36,810 nt of DNA from Chiloscyllium plagiosum. Lineage: Eukaryota. The translations under genes and the position numbers were made by a program. The first letter of the stretch is position 1. Every line of letters begins with the position of its first letter. The stretch spans positions 871,504 through 908,313 of the forward strand of contig NC_057720.1 of the NCBI RefSeq assembly GCF_004010195.1, given 5' to 3'. Positions 22,937 to 35,593 of this stretch are shown here, one piece after another. The notes below the pieces were generated by a model. That model worked only from the letters and a program-made list of their open reading frames with translations. It was not told the origin of the DNA and did not search any database.

Positions 22937-23428
22937 AAAGTTAAATCACACAACACCAGGTTATAGTCCAATAGGCTTAATTGGAAGCACACTAGCTTTC
23001 GGAGCGTCGCTCCTTCAGATGGTAGTGGAGGGCTCAATCCTAAGACACAGAATTTATAGCAAAAATTTACAGTGCGATGTAACTGAAATTATACATTGGA
23101 AAATTGATTGTCTGTTAAGCCTTTCATCTGTTAGAATACCATGATAGTTTCACATGTGATTTACACATGAAAGAAGTGAAACTATCATGGTATTCTAACA
23201 GGTGAAAGGCTTAACAGACAATCAATTTTCCAATGTATAATTTCAGTTACATCACACTGTAAATTTTTGCTATAAATTCTGTGTGTTAGGATTGAGCCCT
23301 CCACTACCACCTGATGAAGGAGCGACGCTCCGAAAGCTAGTGCTTCCAACTAAACCTATTGGACTATAACCTGGGGTTGTGAGATTTTTAACTTTGTACA
23401 CCCCAGTCCAACACCGACATCTCCAAAT
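22937..23428. mobile_element. Long inverted pair of family B PLE-type repeats (arms about 220 bp)
   Basis: About 22937-23153 is the reverse complement of about 23176-23395; intact plus-strand hammerhead motif at 23308-23342. Confidence 0.85.
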
Positions 23429-24139
23429 CAAAACCATATTGGAACAGCCTATGAAGCTGGTGTTTCGGCAAGGTAAGGGGCTAATCATATTTGTGGTCCC
23501 AGAGCAGCTGTAGTAACTCACTGATGTAACTGGAGTCCCACTGGTGTAAGGCTGGGATTAGAGTGAAGTGATTTCACCCAAATAACACACCACCCACTGA
23601 CTGGGTTCGTGAAGCAAAATGTAAAACCTAACGATTATTCCATATCTTTGTGGTGTTATCCACTAAGCAGTTTGTCCCATTAGCCCCAGCAATTGACACA
23701 ATCCGCATCCCAGTTCGAAGCCCCGTAACCTTTTCATGAACGAGTTATCTAGCTGGAAGATTATCCTGTCCTCTGCCCCATAGGCAAATCTCTGCTGAAC
23801 ACTGCCCATCCTGGTTAACGTTTACAGCAATTTGTTTTCATTTCCAAAAGAAAATAAAAATTACCCTCACTGTAGAAATGGTGCTGAGCTCCATTAGGCT
23901 GCAGCGATATTACAGGAAGCAGCAGGACTCCCAGCTCTAATGAGCCTCAGCTAACCCCATGCAAGTTCAAACCAATTAGTCCGACTTCCTGGTTGTTTCC
24001 CCTGAAGTCTTAGTTTTTCTTCCCTTTGAGTATTATCCTCATCTCCTTTGAGTCATATTACAAAATATAACCATCAGGCAGCACACAGATCCCCAAAACT
24101 GTATAAAACAAAATCCCCCTCTGGGGCTTTTCCCAATTC

Positions 24140-24920
24140 CCTTCAATCTGTCTCCCTCTGCTCCCTCACCCTCCTGTCCCTGGAAACACTCTCTCCTGAT
24201 TTACTCCATCAAACTCTCTCCATGATTTTGAACACCTCAGTTAACCCCCCTGGAACCTTCTCTGCTCTAAGGAGAACAATCCCAGCTTCTCCAGTCTCTC
24301 CACATTCACTGAAGTCCCTTATCCCTGGTCCACACAAACACAGGGACAGAAGCAGCAATAAGGGCACCCTTCTCCTTGAGTCTGCTCCGTGACTCAATGG
24401 GACCATGCTGACATGATTACTCCACATTCCCTCCAACCCTTGGTAACCTCACACCTTTTTGTTTATCAAGAATCTATCTCCCTTTGTCCAAACAATATCC
24501 AGATTCTGAGTCCACCACTTTGACAGGAAGAGAGTTTCAAAGACATGGGAGCCTGAGAAATAAATTCTCCTTCTCCATCGTAAAATACTGACCCCTGTAT
24601 TCTGCCACAAGGGGAAACATCCTGCCCACATCTACCCAGTCAAGACCCCTCCAGATCTTATGTTTCAATCAAGCCATCTCTCACACTTGTAACCTCTAAT
24701 GGAAATGAGGCTTATTTGTCCAACCTTTATTTATAAGGAAACCCACCCATTCCAGATATTAATCTGAGAAACCTTCTCGGACTTGCTTCCCACTCATTTA
24801 CAGCTTTCCTGAAATAAGATGACCAGTACTGTACACAGTCCTCCAGGTATGGTCCCACCAGTGCCCTGTCTGACTGAACCATAATCCCCAGGTCTTTTGT
24901 GTTCAATTCTATTTGGAATA
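24140..24920 (-). mobile_element. Two older degenerate CR1 3' fragments
   Basis: GGLTEVFKIME and LVGPYLEDCVQYWSSYFRK remnants. Confidence 0.7.
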
Positions 24921-26210
24921 ACATGGAACAATACAGCGCAGGACAGACTCTATGGCCCTCGGTATTGTGCCGACCTGTGAACTAATCTAAGCCCATCCCC
25001 CTACACTATCCCTTTGTCATCCATGTGCTTATCCAAGGATTGCTTAAATCTCCCTAATGTGGCTGAGTTAACTACATTCCACTTTGAGTAAAGAACCTGC
25101 CTCTGACATCTGTCTTAAATCTATCACCCCTCAATTTGTAGTTACGCCCCCTCGCACACGCTGACGTCATCATCCTAGGAAAAAGACTTTCACTGTCTAC
25201 CCTATCTAATCCTCTGATCATCTTGTATGTCTCTATCAAATCCCCTCTTAGCCTTCTTCTTTCCAATGAGAACAGACCCAAGTCTCTCAGCCTTTCCTCA
25301 TNNNNNNNNNNNNNNNNNNNNNNNNNNNNNNNNNNNNNNNNNNNNNNNNNNNNNNNNNNNNNNNNNNNNNNNNNNNNNNNNNNNNNNNNNNNNNNNNNNN
25401 NNNNNNNNNNNNNNNNNNNNNNNNNNNNNNNNNNNNNNNNNNNNNNNNNNNNNNNNNNNNNNNNNNNNNNNNNNNNNNNNNNNNNNNNNNNNNNNNNNNN
25501 NNNNNNNNNNNNNNNNNCAAGTCCCCCTGCAACCTGTAACATTCTTCCACACTGTCCACTACTCCACTGACTTTAGTGTCGTCTGCAAACTTACTAATCC
25601 ATCCTTTGCCTGTGTTTAAGTCATTTATAAAAATGACAAACAGCAGTGGTCCCAAAACACACCCTTGAGGCACACCACTAGTAACCAGACTCCAGGCTGA
25701 ATATTTTCCATCAACCACCACTCACTGCCTTCTTACAGAAAGCCAGTTTCTAATCCAAACTGCTAAATCACTCTCAATCCCATGCCTCCACATTTTCTCC
25801 AACAGTCTACCATGTGGAACCTTATCAAAGGCTTTACTGAAGTCCATGTATACCATGTCAACTGCCCTACCCTCATCTACATGCTTGGTCACCTTCTCAA
25901 AAGAGTCAATGAGGTTTTTGAGACACGACCTGCCCTTGACGAAACCACGTTGACTATCTGCAATCAAATTGTTGCTTGCCAGATGATTATAAATCCTATC
26001 TCTTATAATCCTTTCCAAATCTTTTCCTACAACAGATATAAGGCTCACTGGTCTATAATTACCTGGGTCATCTCTGCTGCCCTTCTTGAACAAGGGCACA
26101 ATATTTGCAATCCTCCAGTCCTCTGGTACTAAACCTGTAGACAACGACGACTCAAATAAGTAGGCCAAAGGCTCTGCTATCTCCTCCCTAGCTTCCCAGC
26201 AAATCCTCGG
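24921..26210 (-). mobile_element. Younger 5'-truncated CR1 LINE inserted in an older CR1; contains gap 25302-25517
   Basis: [35 protein letters not shown] and KFADDTK motifs; older host sequence appears to resume near 26230. Confidence 0.93.
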
Positions 26211-26572
26211 TTAAGAACATAAAAAATCAGAAACATTCCAAGCTTTCCTGATTACTTGCTGTACCTGCACACTAACCTTTTGAGATTCCTGCATTCAGAC
26301 ACCCAGATTCCTTTACGTCTGAGTGCTGCAATCTCTCAACATTTCTTTTTATCCTTCTAGCCAATGGACAGTTTCACATTTTTCAACATTATGGTCTATT
26401 TGCCACATTTAACTTGTCTACCCCCCTTTGTAGATTCCTTATCACATCTTATTTCCCAACCTCTCTCTGCCCCATACTCTCCAAGGCCTTGACATTCTGC
26501 ATCAATATCTCAGCTGTTGGCTAACTGCGGGTGCTCCATGCACCACTGCTACAGCTTTCGCACACAGATTAC

Positions 26573-26641
26573 CATTGGAGGGCGGGTCGTGATGGGTCCG
26601 AAGGGAGCAGGCAGATTCATCTTGTTCATCAGGTGCAGAAC
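26573..26641 (-). CDS. RNPC3: RNPC3 exon 6 (69 nt), VLHLMNKMNLPAPFGPITTRPPM
   Basis: Acceptor cttgcag and donor gtaatc; near-identical to the RNPC3 VLHLMNKMNLP motif; phase 0-0. Confidence 0.96.
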
Positions 26642-26864
26642 CTGCAAGCAAGGTATTCAGTTATCAGCATGACATCCAAACTGTGTGAACAAAACACACT
26701 AACCTTACACTTTTTCATCTCAGATGTCCCAAAGCAGTTAAACTTAACTGAGTCTTTCCGAAATGTGGTAACTCTTTTAATGTGAGAAATGCTGTATTCT
26801 ACCAAGTACAGTAGGTTACCAGATACAGGAATGTGATCAGCACCTGCGTTATCTGGCCATCTGT

Positions 26865-27575
26865 TCAAAGATGGAACAACTTGTTGGGATGTCATGTTAC
26901 AACTGGACAAGACATTGGTAAGGCCACATTTGGAAAACTGCATAGAATTCCGATCACTGCTATAGAAAGGACATTATTAACCTGAAAAAGATATAAAAAT
27001 TTACAAGGATGTTACCAAAATGGGTTTGAGTTATAAAGAGAGGCTAGATAAGCTGGGATTTTTATTCCCAGGAACATAGGAGGCAGACGGGTGACTTTGT
27101 AGAGATTTATAAAATCATGAGGGACACAGATAAGGTGTACAGTCAAGGTCTTTTCCCCAGGATAGAGAAGTCCAAAACCAGAGGGCATAGCCTTAAAGTG
27201 AGAGGAGAAAGATTTACAAAGAGACCTGAGGGGCAACTTTTCTATGTAGAGGGTGGTGCATTCTGGAAAACTCTGTCAGAGGAAGTGGTGGAGGCTGATA
27301 CAATTACAACATTTAAAAGACATTTGGATAGGAACGCAGATAGGAAGGATTTAAAAGGAGATGGGTTTAGATCAGAGCGGTGCTGGAAAAGCACAGCAGG
27401 TCAGGCAGCATCCGAGGAGCAGGAAAATCGACGTTTCGGGCAAAAGCCGTTCATCAGGATGCCTGTTTCAGTACATGGTTAAAGAAAGATGGGCCAAACG
27501 CAGGCAAATTAGACTAGCTCAGTTCAGGAAACCTAAGCATGAAGTGGTTGGGCCAAAAAGTCTGGTTCTGTGTAA
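26865..27575 (+). mobile_element. CR1 3' portion interrupted by a family A PLE repeat at about 27366-27486
   Basis: KSKTRGHSLKVRGERF...TITTFKRHLD; insert flanked by agatggg at 27359-27365 and 27487-27493. Confidence 0.85.
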
Positions 27576-28207
27576 CTCGATCTTATATTTATACAGCACC
27601 ACTTACAAAATGGAATGCCCCAAGGTACTTTGCAGGAACGCTGTAAAATGCAGTTCGACATTGAGTCACATATGATATTAGAACATAAGAACACGAAACA
27701 ATAGAAACAGGTGCAGGCCATTCGGCCTCACAAGCCTGCCCCACCATTCATCATGGCTGATCTACAACAGGCCTCAACTCCTACTTCAAGTCACCTCAGC
27801 ATGGCTGATGACTCTTCGATATTTCAAACATATATTTAACTCCTCTTTGAATACTTTCAATGATCTAGCCTCCACAGTTCTCTATGGTAAAGACATTCAC
27901 TATCCTTGGGACATGCCAGTGTATCGTATCGTTAATATAAGGCAGAAAAATGTTCACAGCAGTCCGGGTGCAGCCTCACTAAGTCATTTTACAGTTGTAA
28001 CAAGATTTCCCTATTTTTAAACTCCACAGGTCAGAATTCCATGTGCCACATTTTTGCACACTCACTTAACCTCTATCCTTTAATCACTTGCAAGACCTAA
28101 AAACCTTTTGTGTTTCATGTACAAGAACACCCAGATGCCTCCCTATCTTGTACAACACCAATTAAATGTGGCATCTTATCAAATACCTTCTGGAATCCAA
28201 ATACACA

Positions 28208-28518
28208 AAGTGGTCTTTCCCCAGGGTAAAGGAGTCCAAACTTAGAGGACATAGGTTTAAGGTGAGAGGGGCAAGATTTGTAAGGGATCCAAGGGGCAAC
28301 TTTTTCACACAGAGGGTGGTGCGTGTATGGAATGAGCTGGCAGAGGAAGTGGTGGAGGCTGGTACAATTACAACATTTAAAAGGCATTTGGATTGGATTT
28401 ATGAATAGGAAGGGTTTGGAGGGATACAGACGAAGTGTTGGCAACTGGAACTATACCTGATTGAGATGCCTGGTCAGCATGGACAGGTTGGACATGCTGT
28501 ATAACTCTACGACTCTAT
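28208..28518 (+). mobile_element. CR1 (HER1-like) 3' end nested in an older minus-strand CR1 fragment
   Basis: RGHRFKVRGARFVRDPRGNFFTQRVVRVWNEL; tail ctctacgactctatg. Confidence 0.88.
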
Positions 28519-29166
28519 GTACTGATTCCCCTTTCTCATGTCTGCTTGTCATAGCCTCAAAGAACTCAGTAACAAATTCTTCAAGCATGATCACCCTTCC
28601 ACAAAAACCACGTCAACTCTGTTCAATTGCACTAAGCTTTGCTCAATGTCCTTCTATTGAACAGAATTTCTTCCATTGACTGGATGACCAATTCGTCAAA
28701 CTCCTCTGTTCTGCAAAATCATCTCAAGAAAAGGTAAGAGCGAAAGACTGTGTGATTGAAATCTTTAAAGTTACGTAAGGGCTTGACACAGTGGGTGGAG
28801 GGAATACGTTTGCACTGAAGATCAGAACTTGGTGCGATGAAGACAAGACAGTCCCTAATAAATCCAATCAGCAATCCAGGAGAAACATCCTCACCCAGAG
28901 AGCGGAGGGAACGTGAGACCTGCACCCATGAGGGAATATTATTGCTACATTAAAGGGGAAGCTGAATGAACATCCTTTGATTCCTTTTTGCCTCACATAT
29001 ATTGATAAAGTGAGATGAAACGAGGGTGCCATGAATAAATATTGCCATTGCCAAGTATGGGCCCAATGGCGTATAAATTTACATGATTCAACAAAAACTC
29101 AGTAAAAGCAAAGGCTGAGATTTTCTTGCAGCCAAAGGTTAAAAATATCTCAATGGATTATTTTAC

Positions 29167-29278
29167 CTGCACGTAGAACTTGGGTACACTTGCCATGGCA
29201 TTTGCAATGTTGGCCAGAGTGACGCTGGATGGCGGTGGGTACAGATACTTCAGACATGGGTTCATGGGATAGGTAAAC
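29167..29278 (-). CDS. RNPC3: RNPC3 exon 5 (112 nt), FTYPMNPCLKYLYPPPSSVTLANIANAMASVPKFYVQ
   Basis: Acceptor gtgttgcag and donor gtaaaa; strongly conserved RNPC3 peptide; phase 2-0. Confidence 0.96.
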
Positions 29279-29421
29279 CTGCAACACAAGGAGGACAAGG
29301 TCCACAGTCCAACACACAACTTGAGGATCTCTCAGCCTGCTGACGAGAAACTTGCTGACACCTAAAATCCAACCTGACAATGTAACTGACGCAGCAGGGT
29401 TGTGGTGAAAACGCTGACAGG

Positions 29422-29545
29422 AAGAAAGTGAGGATTGCAGATGCTGGAGATCAGAGTCGAGAGTGTGGTGCTGGAAAAGCCCAGCAGGTCAGGCAGCATC
29501 CAAGGAGCAGGAGAATCAACGTTTCAGGCAAAAGCCCTTCATCTC
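29422..29545 (-). mobile_element. PLE terminal repeat, family A
   Basis: agaaagtgaggattgcagatgctggagatc...gcccttcatc. Confidence 0.8.
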
Positions 29546-29728
29546 ATCTGCCAAAATTTGAAAGGATTCCCATAAATCGTTTTCCACTGAGGTAGGTGGA
29601 GGGATAAATGTTCACCAGGCACCTGAAAGACTCCTCTGCTCTTTTTCAGAATAGTGTCAATGACGGGCAAGGGGACAGGGCCAGGAAATACTGGCGGATG
29701 TAAACCTGAGAAATCGGGCAGGACCACA

Positions 29729-29816
29729 CCCTCCGACAGTGCGGCGCGCCCTCAGCACTGACCCTCCGACAGTGCTGCACTCCCTCAGCACTGACCCTCC
29801 GACAGTGCTGCACTCC
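29729..29816. repeat. 33-bp minisatellite, about 2.7 units, in a DeuSINE-like remnant
   Basis: Repeated ccctccgacagtgc(g/t)gcactccctcagcactga. Confidence 0.85.
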
Positions 29817-29955
29817 ACATTTGGATCTGGCAGTTTGTGTAGTCACTAGTTTGAAATCGTAGTGAGTTTTTAATGAATCAGGGATCCAGCCGCCCGGTGT
29901 GGCTGGTGTTGGAATCCTGATGAGCTGGTTCCACCGTTAAAGCCATGTTACTAAC

Positions 29956-30051
29956 CCGAGGCTCTTGGCAATCGCATCCTCAATAGTGGGAACTCTTGGT
30001 TTCAGAGCCTGCTTCACAACCTCATCGCCTGAAGTTTTTTGTGTCGCGTGA
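29956..30051 (-). CDS. RNPC3: RNPC3 exon 4 (96 nt), HATQKTSGDEVVKQALKPRVPTIEDAIAKSLG
   Basis: Acceptor tctgctttttag and donor gttagt; phase 2-2; C-terminal part resembles RNPC3 TVENGIAPNHG. Confidence 0.85.
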
Positions 30052-30559
30052 CTAAAAAGCAGAAATAAAGAAAATGAACAATCCATGCATTCTATGAAGC
30101 ATCATGCGGATTCTTTGTTTTATTACACTAGAAACTTCATGAATTTCCCAAACAATACCAGAGAATTTTCACACGAATATTTAACACTGAGGCAAGTGAA
30201 AGGGATGACATTCCGAAGGGAGAGTCCGGCCAGGTGTGAACAAATGGCCATCAATATTGCAATAATGGAAACCAGGGTGGATGAGGAGATCTCAGGAGGT
30301 TCACATGTTGGGAGAGAACACATACAAACAAAAGGTGAAAGGAATTTGAACTGAAGAATGAGAACTTTGAAGTCAAGGCTTTGCTAGACTTGAAACTAAG
30401 TGGCAAATATGAGACCTCTATTCAAGAAAGGAAGGAAGAGAAAACAAGAATAAAATAAAATGATCAGTTCTGACAAAGGTTTACAGGACTCGAAACTCGT
30501 TCTTCCCACAGACACTGCTGGAACTGTATTTCTCTCGGCACTCTGATTCTGAAGCTGCA

Positions 30560-31990
30560 GACCAGTTAGCTTGATGTTGGCCAAGGGAGAGCTGTTCAAA
30601 TCGATCATGTCTCAGACACTTGGGAAACTCAAGGTTACTGGGAAGATTCAACATAATTTTGCAAAAAGCAAATATATTTAAACAACAGATTATCTGAATG
30701 GGTACCGTGTGATGTGGACAAAGGGGGATCCTATTGATGTGCTGTACTTTGTTTCCAAAAGGCATTTCACAATGTTCTTCACAAAAGGTTATTTCACCAA
30801 GTAGGGGCTGTATGTGTCTGTGCGCGTGAATGCGTGCATGCTGTGGGATGGTGGTGAAAGAGAATTATTAGCATGGATAAAAGATTGGTTGGTTAGTCGA
30901 TAGAAAACAGAGCGTATACAAAAGTGAGTGTGTTCCAGATTGGCAGGACATGATGAATGTGTTTTCAAATTATGACTTAGAGAAGGGGACGGAAGGTACA
31001 GCAGCTGTGACCAGATTGGGTGCTCTGAAGATGACATAATGAGAATGCAGCCTGCTATAGACAGGTCGAGGGAGTGGTCAGAAATCTGGTCGAGCGAAGT
31101 ATAACGTGAAAAACATGAAACTGTTAATTTTGGCAGGAAGAAGGAAAGTAGACTAGGCCGGAAACACGGAATGACTGTGGAACGCTGAGATACAGAGGTA
31201 TCAGGATATTCTGGTACACAACTCATAAAACATTATAGCAAGTGATTACAAAGGCTCACAGAATGCTTTTTTTGTTATGAGAGGAACGGAACATAAAATG
31301 AAGACTAATAAATAAAAAACAGGTAGTAGAGAAATTCCGGAGGTCTGGTGACATCTGCAGACAGAGAAAAAGCATTAACCTTTCAGTTCAATTGGCTACT
31401 CAAACTGCTAATGCCAGGACCTGCTGAGTTTCTTCGGCACTTTGTTTTTATTTCGGATCTCCAGTATTCGCAGTGTTTGTTTTTATTGCTGAAACGAAGG
31501 AAGTTATGCTTTGGTTACACTTGGTACCGGTGAGAGCACATCTCAAATACTGCGTGCTGCTTTTGTCCTTTTATTTAAGGACGGTCATAAATGCACTGGG
31601 GGACAGCTCAGAGGAGGTTTACTGGTTTGACAGCTGTGATGGGAAGGGTGCCTTATCAGGAAAGGTGAGAGAAGCTGGACTTTGCTTCCATTTGGGTTTA
31701 GAATAGTAAGGGGTGACTCAGAATGAAATATACAAGACTGTGAATGGCCTTGATATGGTGGAGATACGATCAAGTCCAGAAATGGGGGCATTTTCAAATA
31801 AGGGCTCACCGTTTTAAAACAGAGATGAAGAGATTGAATAATTTTAAAAGTGGAGATGGACAGATCTCATCAGGCAAGGAAATGAAAGGCTATTGAGTGT
31901 AGACGGGAATGTGCAATTTGCAACTTACTAAGATCATGGCTCATCTGTGCGTAGATCAGGTTTGAAAGGCCAACTAACCTGTCTTTGTTC
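30560..31990 (+). mobile_element. Old, heavily degenerate CR1 LINE
   Basis: Scattered RT remnants such as VRAHLKYCV and a CR1-like 3' UTR. Confidence 0.65.
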
Positions 31991-33261
31991 TTACTTTGTA
32001 TGTAATTCAATGTCAGTAAGTGGGACTTGCATTCTATGAAGACCCAGATAATTATCCATGCCTCCATGGTCAGCATGAAATCCCACAACAAAGCAGACAC
32101 AGAAACAGATCAAAGAAAAGATGAGGAGATCCCACAACAAGGCTACGGCATTCCAGCTCTCCTCAGAGCAACACAAGTTCCAACATCTGCTGCCCTCCTG
32201 TGGATATAAACTAATACTGCCACTTTACTTAACAACAGGCTTAACGATAACTCAGATTTCTCTCCACGTGTAGCTTTTCCAGCAATTTCTGCTTCTGTTT
32301 CTGATTTACAGTGTCCACAGTTCTTTCGGTTTTTATTTCACACTGGAATCAATCCCATTATGAATGAGATTAAGAATCCAACATGGGAATGGGTGACTTA
32401 ACCCAGCCAATGTACTGTGTATCACTGCTCTCCTGCTGTCAGGAGGGAACAGAGAAATACAGGGAGTGGGTAGTTTTGTGCCTCTTCTGCTTTTCAATAT
32501 GATCATGCCTCACCATCCAGCTCAGGCCCTTGTTCCTGCGTTCTTCCCTTACCCTTTGATCCCTTTAGCCCCAAGAACTATATCTAACTCCTCCCTGAAA
32601 ACAGTCAAACAAATGACAACTTAAGGGAGAGCATAAAGTACACCATTAAGTGGTTTTCTTGGTTGTTAAAGGTACTCGGGGCTTTCTGCAGTGGATTTTA
32701 AAAAAGGTATTCGCAAAAATACAATCTAGTCACTTTTATACAGCAAAAATACAGTACCTTGTGTAATCCTTTCAGCTTTGACCTGGAAACTTGAAGTTAT
32801 CAATTTAAACTTATTGGTCTCTATAGAGATCAGAACATAATGCACTGGGACTGTCAAGTCGGAGCTCAATTCTCATGTTGAGACCTGACCCAAGGGATGC
32901 AACTGCGGCAGGGGGTTCACGGTATTTGTTGGAGCAAACTTTGTTGCTTTGCATATTTTATAAGGGAACCATTTTTAATTCTTGATCAGCTGCTTTGTAT
33001 TTAACATCATTAGTTCAGTCTGTTAACAAAAACTCATTCATTCATTCTTATGGGAACTAAATCCCTGTTTTTTGGTCTTTTCCAGGTGTTAGCAGATTAG
33101 ATCCTGCCTCAGGGTCAGTTCGGAAGGGGGTCCTGCCAATCAGAGATACAAATTAATGTTAGATTCAAGCCAAGATTTTAACAGCCCGGGTGTAACCTGT
33201 TCAGATTAGGCAAAGCCAACAGTTGTAGCTACAATAAAATGACGGAATGTGAAGTACGTAC

Positions 33262-33380
33262 GGTTTGTTTTCATCGCAGACTGTCCCTGGTTCCAGTTGC
33301 TTGACGTGCTCCTGTTCCTTCGCATATTCCACCACCAAAGTATGGCCCAGGACTCTTAACTGATGCAGTCTGGTCAAAGC
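33262..33380 (-). CDS. RNPC3: RNPC3 exon 3 (119 nt), ALTRLHQLRVLGHTLVVEYAKEQEHVKQLEPGTVCDENK
   Basis: Acceptor ctgttttcag and donor gtacgt; end of RRM1; phase 0-2 fits the next exon. Confidence 0.95.
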
Positions 33381-34184
33381 CTGAAAACAGCATATGGCAG
33401 ACTGGCTTCACTGCTGCATGTCAAATACCACAGGCAATGAACCAGGTCTTTCCCTTTCTCAATGGACCACAATGATCGAGAGGACTACAAGGTTCGAGCC
33501 AATGACTGAACCCTGTAACTGGCAGAGGTGGTCCACAGGACTAACTGTCAGACAAGTCAGATTCACAGCCAAATGGGGAGATATTAGAACCGATGATCAA
33601 AAATTCAATCCAAGACATAGCTTTTAAAGCATGTTTAAAAAGAAGAGAGGGAGAGAGACAAAGATTGAGGGGGCTTTAGGCTGGGAGTTCCAGGCAACTG
33701 GAGTTACAGTTAGAGTGACTGTCAGGGATACACAAGGTCAAATATCTATGGACACATCTCTCCAATATAGTGATTCATCGACTAAAAGGAATTAGCCTCA
33801 ATATAAACTCCAACCCTGGATGACAGGGCAACCCAAATGGCACATACACCAAAGTTAGCAGCTCACTACCACCTTCTCCAGGGCAACTCGGGATGCACAA
33901 TAAATACAGGCTCAGTCAGTGATGCCAGCTTCTTGACCATGAATTTTTAAAAATACCCAATTGTTAGCTTACAGCCTATTTAGCCTACTAGGTGAGATGC
34001 TGTTGCAATACCTTGAAGAGTCACTGAATTTAATTTCATTTTAATTTGCCACATTTTCATTGAATATCTGGAATCTCAGTTTCACACAACAGAGGGAGGT
34101 CATTCCACTCAATGTACTGTATTGGCGTTAGAAAATAAAATTCCAGCTCACTCTGCAAATAAAAGTTCCATGGCTGCTAGAGAT

Positions 34185-34468
34185 CATAGAACAGAATCAG
34201 AAAATCCCTCCAGCATGGAAGCAGGCCATTCAGCCCATCGAGTCCACTCTGACCCTCTGAAGAGCATTCCACCCAGAACCAGCCCCATGCCCGTAACCCT
34301 GCAATTCCCACAGCTAATCCACCTGACCTGCACATCTTTGGACTGCGGGAGGAAACCCATGCAGACACAGGGAGAATGTGCAAACTCCACACAGACAGTG
34401 GCCTGGGAGTGAAATCAAAGCCAGGTCCCTGGCTCTGTGAGGCAGCAGTGCTCACCACTGAGGCACGA
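34185..34468 (-). mobile_element. HE1-type tRNA-derived V-SINE with its 5' head duplicated at 34501-34645
   Basis: V-domain ctgtgtggagtttgcacattctccctgtgtctgc and CR1-like 3' tail on the minus strand. Confidence 0.85.
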
Positions 34469-35229
34469 TACAAAATCAAAGTGCTGGAGAAACTCAAGAG
34501 ACCCACGCAGACACAGGGAGAATGTGCAAACTCCACACAGACAGTGGCCCGGGGTGAAATCAAAGCCAGGTCCCTGGCTCTGTGAGGCAGCAGTGCTCAC
34601 CACTGAGGCACGATACAAAATCAAAGTGCTGGAGAAACTCAAGAGGGTCTGGGAGGATCGCCAGAGAGAGAAACCAATTCTAAATTAGAGTTGTATTGGA
34701 CTTGAAACATGAATGAGGTTTCGCTCTCCAAAGATGCTGTCAGAGCAGTTGAGTTTCTCCAGAATCTGTGTTTTCAATCCAGTTAGCCCCACTCCCCTGC
34801 ATAGAACATTACAGTGCAGTACAGGCCATTCAGCTCGCAATGTTGTGAAACCAAACTGAAGCCTATCAAACCTACACTATTCCATTTCCGTCCATATATT
34901 TACAGCCCTGAAAATGATACCCAAGCCCTTTCGAAAGTTATTATTGAACCTGTTTCCGTTGCCCTTTTGGGCAGGTGAACGTGACAGTGACAACGATGAC
35001 AATTACTGTGTTAAAAAGATAATCCATTCATTTCCCTTTCTGGGCCTTGTACAGATTCGCTTCAGTCTGTGTCCCTCTGGTCATAGACCCCTCTGACACC
35101 GGAAATGGTTCCCTCTTGATTTACTCTATTCAACCTAGACATGATGGTGAAATTGGTCATTAGACCGCTCCCTAAGCACCTCTGTCGGCTCTATGGACAG
35201 CAATCACAGCCTCTCTGATCTCTAATCTC

Positions 35230-35356
35230 ATGATGTGGAGGTGCCGGTGTTGGACTGGGGTGGACAAGGTTAGAAGTCACATGACAGCAGATTACAGTCC
35301 AACAGATTTATTTGGAATCACAATCTTTTGGAGTGCCGCCCCTTTGTCAAGTGAAG
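35230..35356 (-). mobile_element. Older family B PLE-type repeat
   Basis: ggaggtgccggtgttggactggggtggacaagg is the reverse complement of the sequence at 21200-21230. Confidence 0.75.
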
Positions 35357-35593
35357 GACATCTGCTCCCACACCTTACGGTATTCAGGGTCCACTCACTG
35401 CCCACATTTGCAAGTTTACTTTTTGGTATTCTTCCAAGGGATATGTGCATCACTGGCAAAGCCAGTATATGTTGCACAGTCCAAATGGTCCTTGTAAGAT
35501 GGAGGCAAGCTGACACAATTCACTGAAAGAGGAGACAGGACCACAGATTAGCGTTTCATCCAAAGGACAGTTTCCTCGGCATTAACCCATCAT

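Noticed and set aside
13569..25721. Long ORFs containing X runs
   Set aside because: They are artefacts of translating through N gaps.
32690..33220. Possible LTR remnant (also 1250-1757)
   Set aside because: I could not define termini, TSDs or a second copy by eye.
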